Assembly (NCBI GenBank): GCA_043823745.1
Contig: JBDRAN010000044.1
Span: forward strand, 853-64,852
DNA: 64,000 nucleotides
Source of the DNA: Candidatus Omnitrophota bacterium
GTDB taxonomy: Bacteria; Omnitrophota; Gorgyraeia; Duberdicusellales; 4484-171
Direction: 5' to 3'
Numbering within the stretch: the first letter of the stretch is position 1; each line of letters opens with the position of its first letter. A program made the translations under genes and the position numbers. Below, in pieces: positions 36,710 to 47,064 of the stretch. The notes beneath the pieces were generated by a model. That model worked only from the letters and a program-made list of their open reading frames with translations. It had not been told where the DNA came from and searched no databases.

Positions 36710-37453
36710 TCATCCTTTTATGCATAACAAATCTTTATAGACAAGAAATTTATTCACGGCGACAAAAAGAGCCCATAACCAACCGCGCCAGCCGTCAATA
36801 AATCCTTTCTTGATGAATAATAGATATATAAAGACACTGCACGGGTATGTGAGAAGCTGATGGGGTTTTATCCTTCGGCCTTCCTGTTTACGCTGAAGAT
36901 ATTCGAGGCGCCGGTATCTGCTCAACTTTTTCCTGATTGTCTCCCAATCCTCAAAACCATAATGCAATACATGTCCCTGCAGCTGCCCGATATTTCCTTC
37001 AACCATTAACTTTTCATGTATCCACGCTCCATTGTATCGGAATTTTTTCTTAAAAAGTCTGATCCTGTTATCAGGATATAAATCGGCGCCCCGCATCCAC
37101 CGGCCCAAAATATGGTTTCGTGTCGGCGTTTTAAAAGCCTCGCACGCACTATCGCCACGGGGCATGATTGCGTTAAGTTCAGACATTAGCTCTTCCGTCA
37201 CGATTTCATCGCTATCAATTTGCAATACCCACTCATTACTGCAGTGTGCTATTGCCCAATTGCGCTGCGTTGAAGGAGATTCGTGTTTATAATAATAAAC
37301 TGCATTGGTATATTCCCGGCAGATGGCAACGGTGTTATCCGAACTAAAACTATCGCACACAACGATTTCCCGAAAGCCCTTAACGCTTGCGAGGCATCGC
37401 CTGATGATCTTCTCATTGTTACAGGTAAGTATAAGTACCGATACGTTATGCAT
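36710..37453 (-). CDS. GT2 glycosyltransferase (WaaE/KdtX-like)
   Basis: Start MHNVSVLIL; DSFSSDNT, QRNWA, IDSDE, YPD..IRLF, HE. Confidence 0.9.
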   Translation of the reverse strand: MHNVSVLILTCNNEKIIRRCLASVKGFREIVVCDSFSSDNTVAICREYTNAVYYYKHESPSTQRNWAIAHCSNEWVLQIDSDEIVTEELMSELNAIMPRGDSACEAFKTPTRNHILGRWMRGADLYPDNRIRLFKKKFRYNGAWIHEKLMVEGNIGQLQGHVLHYGFEDWETIRKKLSRYRRLEYLQRKQEGRRIKPHQLLTYPCSVFIYLLFIKKGFIDGWRGWLWALFVAVNKFLVYKDLLCIKG

Positions 37454-38654
37454 TGCGAATATGACAAAATACGTTCTGTGACTGTGCAGCATATTTTTCT
37501 AGAGAGAAGAACTCATTCGCCCTTCGATGCGCATTGCGCCCCATGCGTTTCATTAAGCCCTCATCGCCGATAAAAGTTTCGATGGCCGCGGCAAGCGCGC
37601 TTGGTTGCCCCGGCGGAACCACTATCCCCGAATCAACGTTGATTAATTCGCTTGTCCCCGGAACGCTGGTGGCAACGATAGCCTTCTCCATAGCCATGGC
37701 ATAAATAAGCGTCAAGGGGCAGCCTTCCGGTTCTATCGAAGAATGAACGAATATGTCAATGGCCGCCAACACGCGCGGCAAATCTTCCCGAAAACCCAAC
37801 AAGATAATATCAGTTTCCAAATGTAATTTCTTTATTTCTTCGATAATTAACTCTTTGCATCGAGAGGTTTCAAATATGGTGCCGCCGACTAAAAAAAATT
37901 TAACCCCGGGATGCCTATCCTGTATTATACGAGCGGCCCTAATAAAATCGAGCTGGCCCTTCCAATAGGTAAAACGAGCGATGTGTGCGATAACGATCTG
38001 TTTTTCAATAATACTGAATTCGCTGCGTACGGACTGACGGTCTGCTGTTTCCGGGTTAAATATATCGAGGGGTATCCCGTTGTAAACAAGGGAAATTTTC
38101 TTCCATAAAAATTTATAAAATTGTTCCCGTATCGCTCCGGAACCAACGATAACATGCTCCACGAAGAAATACACCCACATATTGACGCACCAGCGTACCA
38201 CTCCGCATGCTCTGCGTTTATCAATAATTTCCTGCATATCCCATATACACGATGCGGCAACCCCCATGCATGCCAGGCTACCATAAAAATTTGCCATAAG
38301 GCCTTTGGTGCAGACAATCATAAATTTTTCTTTGCGCAGGAAACGGTGATATCGAATCGCGGCATATATAACGGCGAGAAAATTATAGGCAAGCGCAAAC
38401 GGGTTGAACACAATATATTTTTCTCCAAATTGGAAACTCGTAGAAAAAAACCTCGGCCGGGACACGATGCAGTACGGCAGCCGAGCCTGCCTGCATTTTT
38501 CGGTCAGTTTGCCTTCACGCGGGCATATAAACGTGATGGGGAATGTGCTCCGATCGACTCTTTCTGCCAATGCCAGGCTGTTATATTCGATGCCTGCCAT
38601 CTCAGATTCTTGCATCAGGAAAGCGATAGATATCTTTTCGATTATGGTGCTCAT
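37446..38654 (-). CDS. GT4 glycosyltransferase
   Basis: Start MSTII; RFTYWKG, GFREDL, EPEG....IYAM. Confidence 0.9.
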   Translation of the reverse strand: MSTIIEKISIAFLMQESEMAGIEYNSLALAERVDRSTFPITFICPREGKLTEKCRQARLPYCIVSRPRFFSTSFQFGEKYIVFNPFALAYNFLAVIYAAIRYHRFLRKEKFMIVCTKGLMANFYGSLACMGVAASCIWDMQEIIDKRRACGVVRWCVNMWVYFFVEHVIVGSGAIREQFYKFLWKKISLVYNGIPLDIFNPETADRQSVRSEFSIIEKQIVIAHIARFTYWKGQLDFIRAARIIQDRHPGVKFFLVGGTIFETSRCKELIIEEIKKLHLETDIILLGFREDLPRVLAAIDIFVHSSIEPEGCPLTLIYAMAMEKAIVATSVPGTSELINVDSGIVVPPGQPSALAAAIETFIGDEGLMKRMGRNAHRRANEFFSLEKYAAQSQNVFCHIRNA

Positions 38655-38658
38655 TGGC

Positions 38659-39228
38659 TTATTGTTCAAGGCGACGCAACGGCCGTGCAGGCACCCCACC
38701 GACAACGGTATTCTCCGGAACGTCTTTATTAACAAAACTCATAGCAGCCACCAAGGATCTTTTTCCGATGGTAACCCTGCTTTTTATGATTGACCCTGCA
38801 CCTATATATGCATCGTCTTCAATAAGAAGGGGCGCCCGTGCCGGCGGCAAAACGTTGTGTATGCTGCTTTTGCCGGCGTCAAAATGGGTAAGAAGGGTTG
38901 TCCTCATGCCGATAACGACGCGATTACCGATCTTTATTTTGTCCGTAATATCTAAAAACACATCTCTTCCTACATACGCATCATCACCGATTTCCAAGTT
39001 GGCGAAATTATTTTTTGCGTTATGTATTATAAGGGGTGTATGTATCGCAACATTGTTACCGATCGTGGCGCCATATTTTCTTAACGCGGGGACGATAAGG
39101 GACGGAGGGATAAAATAAAAAAGAGCGTTAACGCCATCAAGCTTATAAATTCTATAAGCGATACACAGGAGGCCTTTAAAAAAGAAGGTCATCAAATATT
39201 TCAAGTACGACTTTTTTTCCGTATACAT
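38659..39228 (-). CDS. Hexapeptide-repeat O-acyltransferase
   Basis: IGDDAYVG, IEDDAYIG, GGVPAR. Confidence 0.9.
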   Translation of the reverse strand: MYTEKKSYLKYLMTFFFKGLLCIAYRIYKLDGVNALFYFIPPSLIVPALRKYGATIGNNVAIHTPLIIHNAKNNFANLEIGDDAYVGRDVFLDITDKIKIGNRVVIGMRTTLLTHFDAGKSSIHNVLPPARAPLLIEDDAYIGAGSIIKSRVTIGKRSLVAAMSFVNKDVPENTVVGGVPARPLRRLEQ

Positions 39229-39240
39229 ATCCCCTCCTTT

Positions 39241-40449
39241 TTATTGTTCATATGTCGTATTGCTCCCGGTATCCGGTTGATTTTCTTTTTCTGGCGCATC
39301 CGGTGTTCCTTGAAAAATATGTACGTACCGCGCCGCCATTGCGGTTGCGGTAAAACGGGAAAGAGAACGAGTTGCATTCTGAACCATCGTGTTCCGTAGT
39401 GCCGTATCCTTAAGCAACGTTATTAGTGCCTCAGCCAAGGCTTGAGAGTCATCGTTTTCTACCAAGAGGCCGCTTACGCCATGCTCGATTATTTCCTCGG
39501 GTCCTCCGGAACGGGTTGCGACTACTGTCTTGCCGACGGCAAAGGCTTCAATGATGGTTAAATTAAATGTCTCGTGGCGCGAAGACACAACGACAAACTC
39601 ACATCCGTTCAATAATTGTACTACCTGTGCAGCATTCGCTCTACCAACGAAATGAATCCGGTCGTTAAGGCCCAGCCGATTCACGAGGTGATGCAGAATA
39701 ATTTCGTCTTCCCCTTCGCCGGCGATGATAAGATCAATATGAGGATTAGACCGCGCCACACGGGTAAAGGCCTCAATGAGTACATCTAAGCCTTTATTAT
39801 GGGTAAATCGTGCGTAGGCAAGAAGATATGGCCGCGCATGCACGTACGGCGCCTTATCGTGAAAGGCTTCGGGTTCGATGCCATTATACGTCACGTATGC
39901 TTTATGGGCGACCACGGGATATAATTGGAGAGCGTTCTTCAAAAGAAAATCAGAACAAGCCGTAATAGCGTCTGCGGCGTCAAGAATATTCCTGAGAGCT
40001 ACGATGTTCCTGCCCCTGCGGTGCGCCAAGTAGAATCGTGCAATCTCATCGCCATGCAAGGAGACGATTAGTTTGAATTTTATTTTTTTGTGCGCCTGGA
40101 GCACAAAAGGAATCTGCGCATCGGGAAAATGAATATTAACAACGTCGGGCTTAAAATTCTGTATAAGCATCGTCAATCGGGAAAGCGTCTGGGGATAAAA
40201 ATACCAAGACGCCGCAAAAAGGTCAATACGGCCGTTGAGCAGGTGTCGAAAATCCGGCGATAGAAAAAGCAACCGCGATACCGGCACCCCTTCGATGACT
40301 TCATGCTGCGGCAGAGAACGTGGGTAACGATTAGTCACTACTTCGACGACATGCCCCTGATGCATCAAGGCGCGCGCTAATGTATGCGCTGCATTTTGCA
40401 GGCCACCGAGCACAGGGAGGTATGACGCTGTAAGTATGAAAATACGCAT
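39241..40449 (-). CDS. GT4 glycosyltransferase
   Basis: YLPVLGG, NKGLD, ETFNLTIIEA. Confidence 0.92.
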   Translation of the reverse strand: MRIFILTASYLPVLGGLQNAAHTLARALMHQGHVVEVVTNRYPRSLPQHEVIEGVPVSRLLFLSPDFRHLLNGRIDLFAASWYFYPQTLSRLTMLIQNFKPDVVNIHFPDAQIPFVLQAHKKIKFKLIVSLHGDEIARFYLAHRRGRNIVALRNILDAADAITACSDFLLKNALQLYPVVAHKAYVTYNGIEPEAFHDKAPYVHARPYLLAYARFTHNKGLDVLIEAFTRVARSNPHIDLIIAGEGEDEIILHHLVNRLGLNDRIHFVGRANAAQVVQLLNGCEFVVVSSRHETFNLTIIEAFAVGKTVVATRSGGPEEIIEHGVSGLLVENDDSQALAEALITLLKDTALRNTMVQNATRSLSRFTATAMAARYVHIFQGTPDAPEKENQPDTGSNTTYEQ

Positions 40450-40455
40450 ACGGTT

Positions 40456-42006
40456 TTATTGCACGCGCCAGACGACAATGCGCGGCTTTGCCTTATTATC
40501 GAATACAGTATACCATCCATGGTGAGTGGCCCGCGCAGATTCGGAATCAAGGAGCCATAGTAAAGAAGGACATTGCCCTGCGCCGTTACGCTCATCAAAG
40601 ACCACCCATTGTATCCCTCGTGTATGTATACTTTGCTCAAAGTTTTCTAACTCCTCCCTGGTAAAACTCTCAAAAAGCTCTCCCGGACGCTGGGCATAAA
40701 AGTAAACATGAGGTTGTGAAGCAAGCACCTTATCATGAGGGCCCGCGTTCGCGTTTAAGAATATGCCGGCCTTTTTAAATTCCATTGCTTGTTCACCTAT
40801 ATGCTCCTTGGTATTTTCGATTGTTGCAAAAATATTAATCAAAAATATCACCGTAAATCCGATAATAATGCCAATCTTTTTATCGTTAACTAACATACGC
40901 CACATGGCAAGGCCCGATGCTAAAACCAAAGGAAGAACGGGCAAAAAATAACGTGGTTCGTCTCTAAAGAATATCGCGCTCAAAAAAGATAAATAGAGCA
41001 TTATACACACGCCCCAAAAGGTTAAGAGACGGCGGTTTTGTTTGCAACGACGAACCGAAAAAATATAACCCGGTACCGCTACATATGCCGGCCAATATGC
41101 TGCGTGTGATATTACGGTCGGTACGTGAACAACAAATCGCTTAATCCATAGGCTGCATAAACGTAACCAGTCTTGTTGACTAATGTTTACATAGGAGGGG
41201 GTGTAAAGGGCACCGTCATACACACCGTTATGAAGCGAAAGCACCACAAGGCGCCAACTATTTATAAACACGGGTGATATCACATTTACGATAATCTGCG
41301 GTAAGCTGCCGATGATAAAGCCAACGCTGCCGATCATAAACTTACGGATAGCCTGAGGTCTATCACCCTTAAGATCGCGTATAACTGAAAAAATAAGTAA
41401 GATAAATATTATATATATATACCTGACCGTAAAACCCAACCCTAAACAAAGACCGGCGAGAAATACTCGTGAATCACGTTGATTGTCCAACAATGCCCAT
41501 AGTGCCATCATCAGAAATGCTGCTGCTAACATGTCGGATTGTGAGAGGGTGCTGTAAAATACAACCGTGGGATTAACAAGCAATAACAATGCTGCCAGCA
41601 ATCCTGTGGAAGGTGCGTACAGTTTCTTTATCACCTTAAGGGAAGCTAGAAGATAAAAAAATCCAGCTACCATAGAAACAAGTTTGCCTGCGGCAAAAGT
41701 ATCGTGCACTATCATATCAAAAAACCGTATCGCAAATACGATTCCTACTCCTGCGCCGAAGATGGGCGGTGAAAAATGCTCGGTAAAAAGCGCTCTGCTT
41801 TTTATCATAAACACGACACCATCGGTTTCGTATCCGGTGATGGGTACGCTGCGAATAGAAAAAAGTATTGTCATGGCGACAATATAGAAAAAGAACAGAA
41901 GGAATACGGCAACTTTCCAAAGAGTGGGATAATGAAAGTAATTTTCCGCGCTGCGCATTGAAGGCGCGCCGGCGGACGAACTGCTGTTATTCCCTAATTG
42001 CATCAC
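40456..42006 (-). CDS. GT-C (ArnT/PMT_2-like) membrane glycosyltransferase, paralog A
   Basis: Multi-TM; ETDG after first TM, SD, RYFLP, soluble C-terminal tail. Confidence 0.78.
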   Translation of the reverse strand: MMQLGNNSSSSAGAPSMRSAENYFHYPTLWKVAVFLLFFFYIVAMTILFSIRSVPITGYETDGVVFMIKSRALFTEHFSPPIFGAGVGIVFAIRFFDMIVHDTFAAGKLVSMVAGFFYLLASLKVIKKLYAPSTGLLAALLLLVNPTVVFYSTLSQSDMLAAAFLMMALWALLDNQRDSRVFLAGLCLGLGFTVRYIYIIFILLIFSVIRDLKGDRPQAIRKFMIGSVGFIIGSLPQIIVNVISPVFINSWRLVVLSLHNGVYDGALYTPSYVNISQQDWLRLCSLWIKRFVVHVPTVISHAAYWPAYVAVPGYIFSVRRCKQNRRLLTFWGVCIMLYLSFLSAIFFRDEPRYFLPVLPLVLASGLAMWRMLVNDKKIGIIIGFTVIFLINIFATIENTKEHIGEQAMEFKKAGIFLNANAGPHDKVLASQPHVYFYAQRPGELFESFTREELENFEQSIHTRGIQWVVFDERNGAGQCPSLLWLLDSESARATHHGWYTVFDNKAKPRIVVWRVQ

Positions 42007-42193
42007 GTATCTCCTTGAAAAATTTATTGCTCATCGGTATTCACCCGCGCGGCGAGGCTCAAAGCTTCGATGAGCGCATCTAAACCTTATGTCTTTCTGT
42101 ATCCGGTGCCCAGCGCCTATATGCACTATATTGTACAAGCCTCCCAATACGGGCAGATAAGAAGCGGTAATGATAAATATGCGCATAGAGTTT

Positions 42194-43747
42194 CTATTGT
42201 ACACGCCAAATTACAATACGAGGTTTTTCCTTATTATCGAAGACGAGATGCCATCCGGTGGCCTGTGCACGCTTTGATTGAGGATTCAGGAGCCAGCGGG
42301 CCGGACGGAATCTTCTTACCGCGTAACGCTCATCAAAAACCACCCATCGTATCCCTAAGTTCTGCACGGTGACAGCGAGAGATCTTAACTGACCGCGGTC
42401 AAGACGCTCAAAAAGCTCCCCTGGGCGGTGCGCATACAATAAAACATGCGGTTGCGAGACAAGGATGCGGTCACCGGGAGAAGCGTGTCTACGCAAAAAC
42501 GTGCCGGCGATTTTAAACTCTGTTGCCTGCGTTTTTAAATAATCCCCGGTATTTTCGATGGTCGCAAAGGTACTAATAGAAAATACCACGAGGAACCCGA
42601 CAATAATGCCGATCTTTTTTTCGCTGACTATGATGCGCCACATTGCCAGGCCAGAAGCTATCACGAGAGGCAAGACAGGCAGGAAATAACGCAGTTCAAG
42701 CTTGTAGGTCGCTGCCAGAGACAAGAGATACATCGTAAGCGCCCCGCCCCAAAGGATCAAGACACGCTTATGGTTCGAAGACCGCAGAAAAAGAAAATAA
42801 CCCGGAACCGCTAGGTATGCGAGCCAATAGGCCGCCGCAAGCAGGCGTTGCGGTATCCAAACAACCACCTGATGAATCCATGAGCTGTATAAGCGGAGCC
42901 AATCATTCAAGGGAATCTGCCCAAGAGATTTAAGCCGATCGGCGGCGTAGGGAACATAAATAGGGTAAGTGACCTGACGCCAGTTATCCGTGTAGAAAGG
43001 AAAGCCAAAAAAAATCATGTTTGTAATAAGCTGGGGAAAGGCTCCTGTCAGAAGACCAAAAGTTCCCATGCATACTGCTTTAATAAAAAAGCCCCGGTGA
43101 CACCTCTGATACACTACAGGAATGATGATGAGCGGCCAAAAGACTATAAAAATGGTCTTCACCGCGAACGCAAACCCCAAACACAGGCCAGCAAAAAAGA
43201 TTTTCAGGAAACTTGTGCGCGTGACGAGAATCCAAATTGCCGTCATAAGAAAAGCGGCTGCCAACATATCAAAGAGCGTCATAGAGCTATAAATGAATAC
43301 GGTGGGATTAACAAAAAGCAGCCAGCCGGTCATAAGCCCTAAGGAAGGCCGATACAGGCGAGCGATTACCTTCCAGGAAGCTAGAAGATAAAAAAATCCG
43401 GCCATCATAGAAACAAGCTTCGCTGCAGCAAAGGTGTTGTGGAGAACTGTATCGAAGAGCCGTATTGTAAGCATCCCACCGATTCCTCCCCCTAAACGAA
43501 ACGCGGCATATGCAGGAAAATGATCGGTAAAGAGAGCCCGACTAAACACCATGTAATAAACACCATCGGTTTCGTGGCCGACCAACGGTACGCTGCGAAA
43601 GCCGGTCATAAACGCCATCGCAGCACTATAGAAAAAAAGCAAAGAAAATAAACCAAGCCCCTGGACAATGCGCCGGTTAAAGCAATTTTCCGGGAACCTC
43701 CGCAAACGCGTGCTCATTAACGAACTAATTGCATACTTCAAACGCAT
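42194..43747 (-). CDS. GT-C (ArnT/PMT_2-like) membrane glycosyltransferase, paralog B
   Basis: Same motifs as neighbour (ETDGV, SRALFT.HF, RYFLPVLPLV, WVVFDER, KPRIV.WRVQ). Confidence 0.78.
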   Translation of the reverse strand: MRLKYAISSLMSTRLRRFPENCFNRRIVQGLGLFSLLFFYSAAMAFMTGFRSVPLVGHETDGVYYMVFSRALFTDHFPAYAAFRLGGGIGGMLTIRLFDTVLHNTFAAAKLVSMMAGFFYLLASWKVIARLYRPSLGLMTGWLLFVNPTVFIYSSMTLFDMLAAAFLMTAIWILVTRTSFLKIFFAGLCLGFAFAVKTIFIVFWPLIIIPVVYQRCHRGFFIKAVCMGTFGLLTGAFPQLITNMIFFGFPFYTDNWRQVTYPIYVPYAADRLKSLGQIPLNDWLRLYSSWIHQVVVWIPQRLLAAAYWLAYLAVPGYFLFLRSSNHKRVLILWGGALTMYLLSLAATYKLELRYFLPVLPLVIASGLAMWRIIVSEKKIGIIVGFLVVFSISTFATIENTGDYLKTQATEFKIAGTFLRRHASPGDRILVSQPHVLLYAHRPGELFERLDRGQLRSLAVTVQNLGIRWVVFDERYAVRRFRPARWLLNPQSKRAQATGWHLVFDNKEKPRIVIWRVQ

Positions 43748-43804
43748 CGGGTATCTCCGTCGACAGGTACGCGATAATAGAAGAATATAAAACCGGTCCT
43801 CATG

Positions 43805-45250
43805 CTATTTCCTGCCCTCTTCCAGATATTCGGCGTCAATATTAATATTCCACAACACGTACGGAGCCCCCGGCAATTGCAGATAATTTCTCGCGGCAAG
43901 GATCCCGCTCATAAGCGAATGATCCTGATTATTATATTTATGCATGCCGGCGCGGCCGATAGAATAAAAATTATCGAATTGGTTAATCCTTGCTTTTAAG
44001 ACCTCGTAGGGCGCTTCGAAACCAATATAATAAAGGGGATATGCGTACGCTTCTCGGACAACCCAAAATTTATCTATCTCCTCGGCTTTAAGTAACCCCA
44101 TGCGCGATAATTCACTACTCGCTAGTTTTCTTAAAGAATCATCAGATTCGTTCCATAAACCCTGCCCGCGAGAAACAAAATATTCCGCACAGAGGGCTGT
44201 CATACCGGCAAACGGGACCATTGCCTTCGAAAAATTGTTGTAATTAGCTACCCGTGCCGTCTGCACTTCCGGAGAATGAACGTATATCCACTGGTCAGGG
44301 AATACATTTTCTCTTCGCACCAACAAATTCACCGAGATATGATCACGGTATCGTAGCATAGCTGCGGCCTTTCGTATATATTCTGGTTCCGGCGGATCGA
44401 AGATGGTAAAAAAACGAGCCATGGGAATACTACTGAAAAAATGTTGAGCCGTGATCGTTACCACGCGGGAATCCGGTTCCATAATATCTACGGAAACGAC
44501 CCTGGTATCTGAGCGATTGAGTTTGATAACCGTATGGTCAAGCATCAGCGTCGCCCCGCGCGACAGCACTTCGTCGCGCATAGCCTCGTACATCTGGCCT
44601 GAACCTAATACGGGGAAGTCGAATTCTTCGACCAACGTCTTAATTGTTGTATGCCGCCGGCCGCGCAACGCACGAACGATAACCGCAAGGCCGTCTAATC
44701 CTCTAATTCTCTGCGCAGCCCACTCTGCGCTGATCTGGCTGCAGGGGATTCCCCAGACTTTCTCCGTGTATGTTTTGAAAAATATTTCATAAAGTTTTCG
44801 CCCAAACCTTTGGCATATCCAATCCTCAAAGCTGGCAGAATCGCCATGCCTGTGGATTTGTGAAGAAAAAAAAGAGAGGGCCGCGCTCAACGATTCCTGA
44901 ACCCCCAACTTACGGAATACATCGGCGGCTTCTACCGGATAGTTAAAATATCGATTCTTATAGAATATGCGCGTCAGGCGCGATACGGGCCTGAAGTCTT
45001 TTCCCAGCATTTCATGCCATATCGTGTTAATCTCATTATTTTTCGTAAAAAAACGGTGGGGGCCGACGTCAAATCGTACCCCGTCATAAATTTCGGTCCT
45101 GGCAACTCCGCCCACGTATACATTCTTATCGATAATAAGGATATCCGTAACACCATGCCTGACTAGTTCCAAAGCCGCGCCCAACCCGGCAGGGCCGGCG
45201 CCGATAATGCAGCATTCATAATTCTTTTTATTTTCTTTCATGTGCTGCAT
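43805..45250 (-). CDS. FAD-dependent oxidoreductase (UDP-galactopyranose mutase / HemY-like)
   Basis: GAGPAG, DVGPHRFFTK, YTEKVWG, WAAQRI, GRAGMHKYNNQDHS. Confidence 0.85.
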   Translation of the reverse strand: MQHMKENKKNYECCIIGAGPAGLGAALELVRHGVTDILIIDKNVYVGGVARTEIYDGVRFDVGPHRFFTKNNEINTIWHEMLGKDFRPVSRLTRIFYKNRYFNYPVEAADVFRKLGVQESLSAALSFFSSQIHRHGDSASFEDWICQRFGRKLYEIFFKTYTEKVWGIPCSQISAEWAAQRIRGLDGLAVIVRALRGRRHTTIKTLVEEFDFPVLGSGQMYEAMRDEVLSRGATLMLDHTVIKLNRSDTRVVSVDIMEPDSRVVTITAQHFFSSIPMARFFTIFDPPEPEYIRKAAAMLRYRDHISVNLLVRRENVFPDQWIYVHSPEVQTARVANYNNFSKAMVPFAGMTALCAEYFVSRGQGLWNESDDSLRKLASSELSRMGLLKAEEIDKFWVVREAYAYPLYYIGFEAPYEVLKARINQFDNFYSIGRAGMHKYNNQDHSLMSGILAARNYLQLPGAPYVLWNINIDAEYLEEGRK

Positions 45251-45356
45251 CGCCGCGGCGGCGGATATTTTTGTGCGGATCTTTTCTTAATAATCTATAA
45301 CGGCTGCTGGATGGAAGCTGCATTGTGGTACCGCGGAAACAATATAAACTGTTTTA

Positions 45357-46892
45357 CTATTTTTTCCGTGCAACAAAAATCACATGCCCGGCAAACTCCA
45401 ACGGCATAACGGTAGTAATCCACTCCATGCTGAAACCATCCCCCCGGCCCAGGCGAAACCAAACAAAACTTATGAAATAACGTATAAACGCCAACGGCAG
45501 AAGCCAGAGGCGCGTAAGCGGAAGCGCTAAATCTGAGAGCGTCTTTCCTCCGTAACGCTGCAAGAATGTCCAGAGGATAAGCGCAAATCCTGAAATATCG
45601 GGAATAAGCACAATATCGGAAAATCCTTCGTCCTTAAGTATACGCTCAAGCACGACGTAACTCATACCGTATGTTGAATGGCCGTGGACCGGCTCCAGAA
45701 AAGAACTCGATCCGCACAGTACCCCTCCTGGTTCAAGCACGCGATAAATTTCTTTGAACGCGCAGGAGGGGTTGTTAAGAAGTGAGGTGACGGTCCAAAA
45801 AATAACACACGCTACTTTTTCTGAACCTATAGGAAGCGTATGGGCATCGCCTGCAATATGGAAGTGCGTTTGAGGATAGTCGAGACCGAACCATGTATAT
45901 CCCGCTTCTATTGCGGCCGCCCTATGCGGCCCCGTACCACAGCCAACATCAAGACAAATACCGTTTCCCGCAGGAAGAAAGTCACGGAGGTCATTCCATT
46001 GCAGGCTTCTTGAAAAAACTTTAAAATCTCTCAGGCGCCACCGGCGGTGCGATACCCCAAAGGGTGACGCGGGCTGGGAAACGATTGTATCATAACGCGC
46101 AGGGACTGTGTTCACTTCCCATATACGCTCAGCGGCTACACCTTTTCCTATATATACGGCATACTGCTTTAAACGCTCCCGGGCCTTCTTTTCCGTACCC
46201 CCCCACAAGCCGATTTGCGATCTGTAGCACAGAACCGCTTGTGCTTTAACGGCGAGGTTAATCGGGAACACGGAAGGCTTCCATAGATGAGCATCCTGAC
46301 GCAAGGAATATTTTTCTACACCGGGCCATGGGTCGTAATGACGAATATGTATGTCTGTACCGGTAAGCCGAGATACTGCCTGACAAACCAGGGCATGGTC
46401 AACGTGGCCGAAAGAATCGATGGGTAGATAGACAAAAGGAGTAAAATTCTCGATGCGTATCCGTTCAATACGCCGCTCCAGGAAAGAAATTATCTCAGCG
46501 GTCAACGCTCCATCATCATCCAAGGGGCACCCCGCAAGAACATCATAGGCACAATAGAGGGGCCTGCCCTCGTGTGTCCGCCGATACGGCGCCTCAATGA
46601 AATTGCAGTGCTCAAAGGAAACGCCAAGAAGGTTACACGCACGCATATCTTCTTCCTGCCGGCAACGGGTAACACTCCTGTTCCCTAAACCCCATTGTGC
46701 ATGAAGATGCCGGGCGAATGCACTCAAAGAAGGACTATCGGCACCTTGTGCAAATAGAGTAAGAACCGTAACCGCTTCGCCCTGCTGGCGTTGCGAATAC
46801 ATAAGCCCTCCGCAGGAAAGTATGGCGTCATCAAAATGAGGAGAAAGATACAAATGATACGGTCGGCGAGAAGAAACATGTTCTGTCATCAT
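45357..46892 (-). CDS. PIG-L family deacetylase fused to class I methyltransferase
   Basis: SPHFDDAILSCGG, R..ED, HVDH, YRSQ; then LDVGCG, RVLEPGG, FLEPVH. Confidence 0.88.
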   Translation of the reverse strand: MMTEHVSSRRPYHLYLSPHFDDAILSCGGLMYSQRQQGEAVTVLTLFAQGADSPSLSAFARHLHAQWGLGNRSVTRCRQEEDMRACNLLGVSFEHCNFIEAPYRRTHEGRPLYCAYDVLAGCPLDDDGALTAEIISFLERRIERIRIENFTPFVYLPIDSFGHVDHALVCQAVSRLTGTDIHIRHYDPWPGVEKYSLRQDAHLWKPSVFPINLAVKAQAVLCYRSQIGLWGGTEKKARERLKQYAVYIGKGVAAERIWEVNTVPARYDTIVSQPASPFGVSHRRWRLRDFKVFSRSLQWNDLRDFLPAGNGICLDVGCGTGPHRAAAIEAGYTWFGLDYPQTHFHIAGDAHTLPIGSEKVACVIFWTVTSLLNNPSCAFKEIYRVLEPGGVLCGSSSFLEPVHGHSTYGMSYVVLERILKDEGFSDIVLIPDISGFALILWTFLQRYGGKTLSDLALPLTRLWLLPLAFIRYFISFVWFRLGRGDGFSMEWITTVMPLEFAGHVIFVARKK

Positions 46893-46930
46893 AGCATATC
46901 CTCACAATTTTTGGTTTACGTGCTGTACTC

Positions 46931-46959
46931 AATATATTATTTTATCACGCAGGACGCAA
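46931..46959 (-). promoter_or_regulatory. Possible internal sigma70 promoter
   Basis: TTGCGT-17 bp-TATATT. Confidence 0.45.
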
Positions 46960-47011
46960 GGAAAAATTGGCTACAACGTTACTTCGGAAACCGCTCGGCA
47001 ATGCGGTCTCA

Positions 47012-47040
47012 CGCACGCATGATATATTCTCATGCGTGCG
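47012..47040. terminator. Perfect 11-bp hairpin (terminator or stabiliser)
   Basis: CGCACGCATGA-TATATTC-TCATGCGTGCG, 24 nt after a GT4 stop; no U-tract. Confidence 0.45.
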
Positions 47041-47064
47041 CATACACCATGACAAACGATATGT

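Noticed and set aside
29449-42096. 15-bp direct repeat AAACCTTATGTCTTT near 29449 and 42082
   Set aside because: A match of this length is expected by chance in 64 kb; no other sign of a mobile element.
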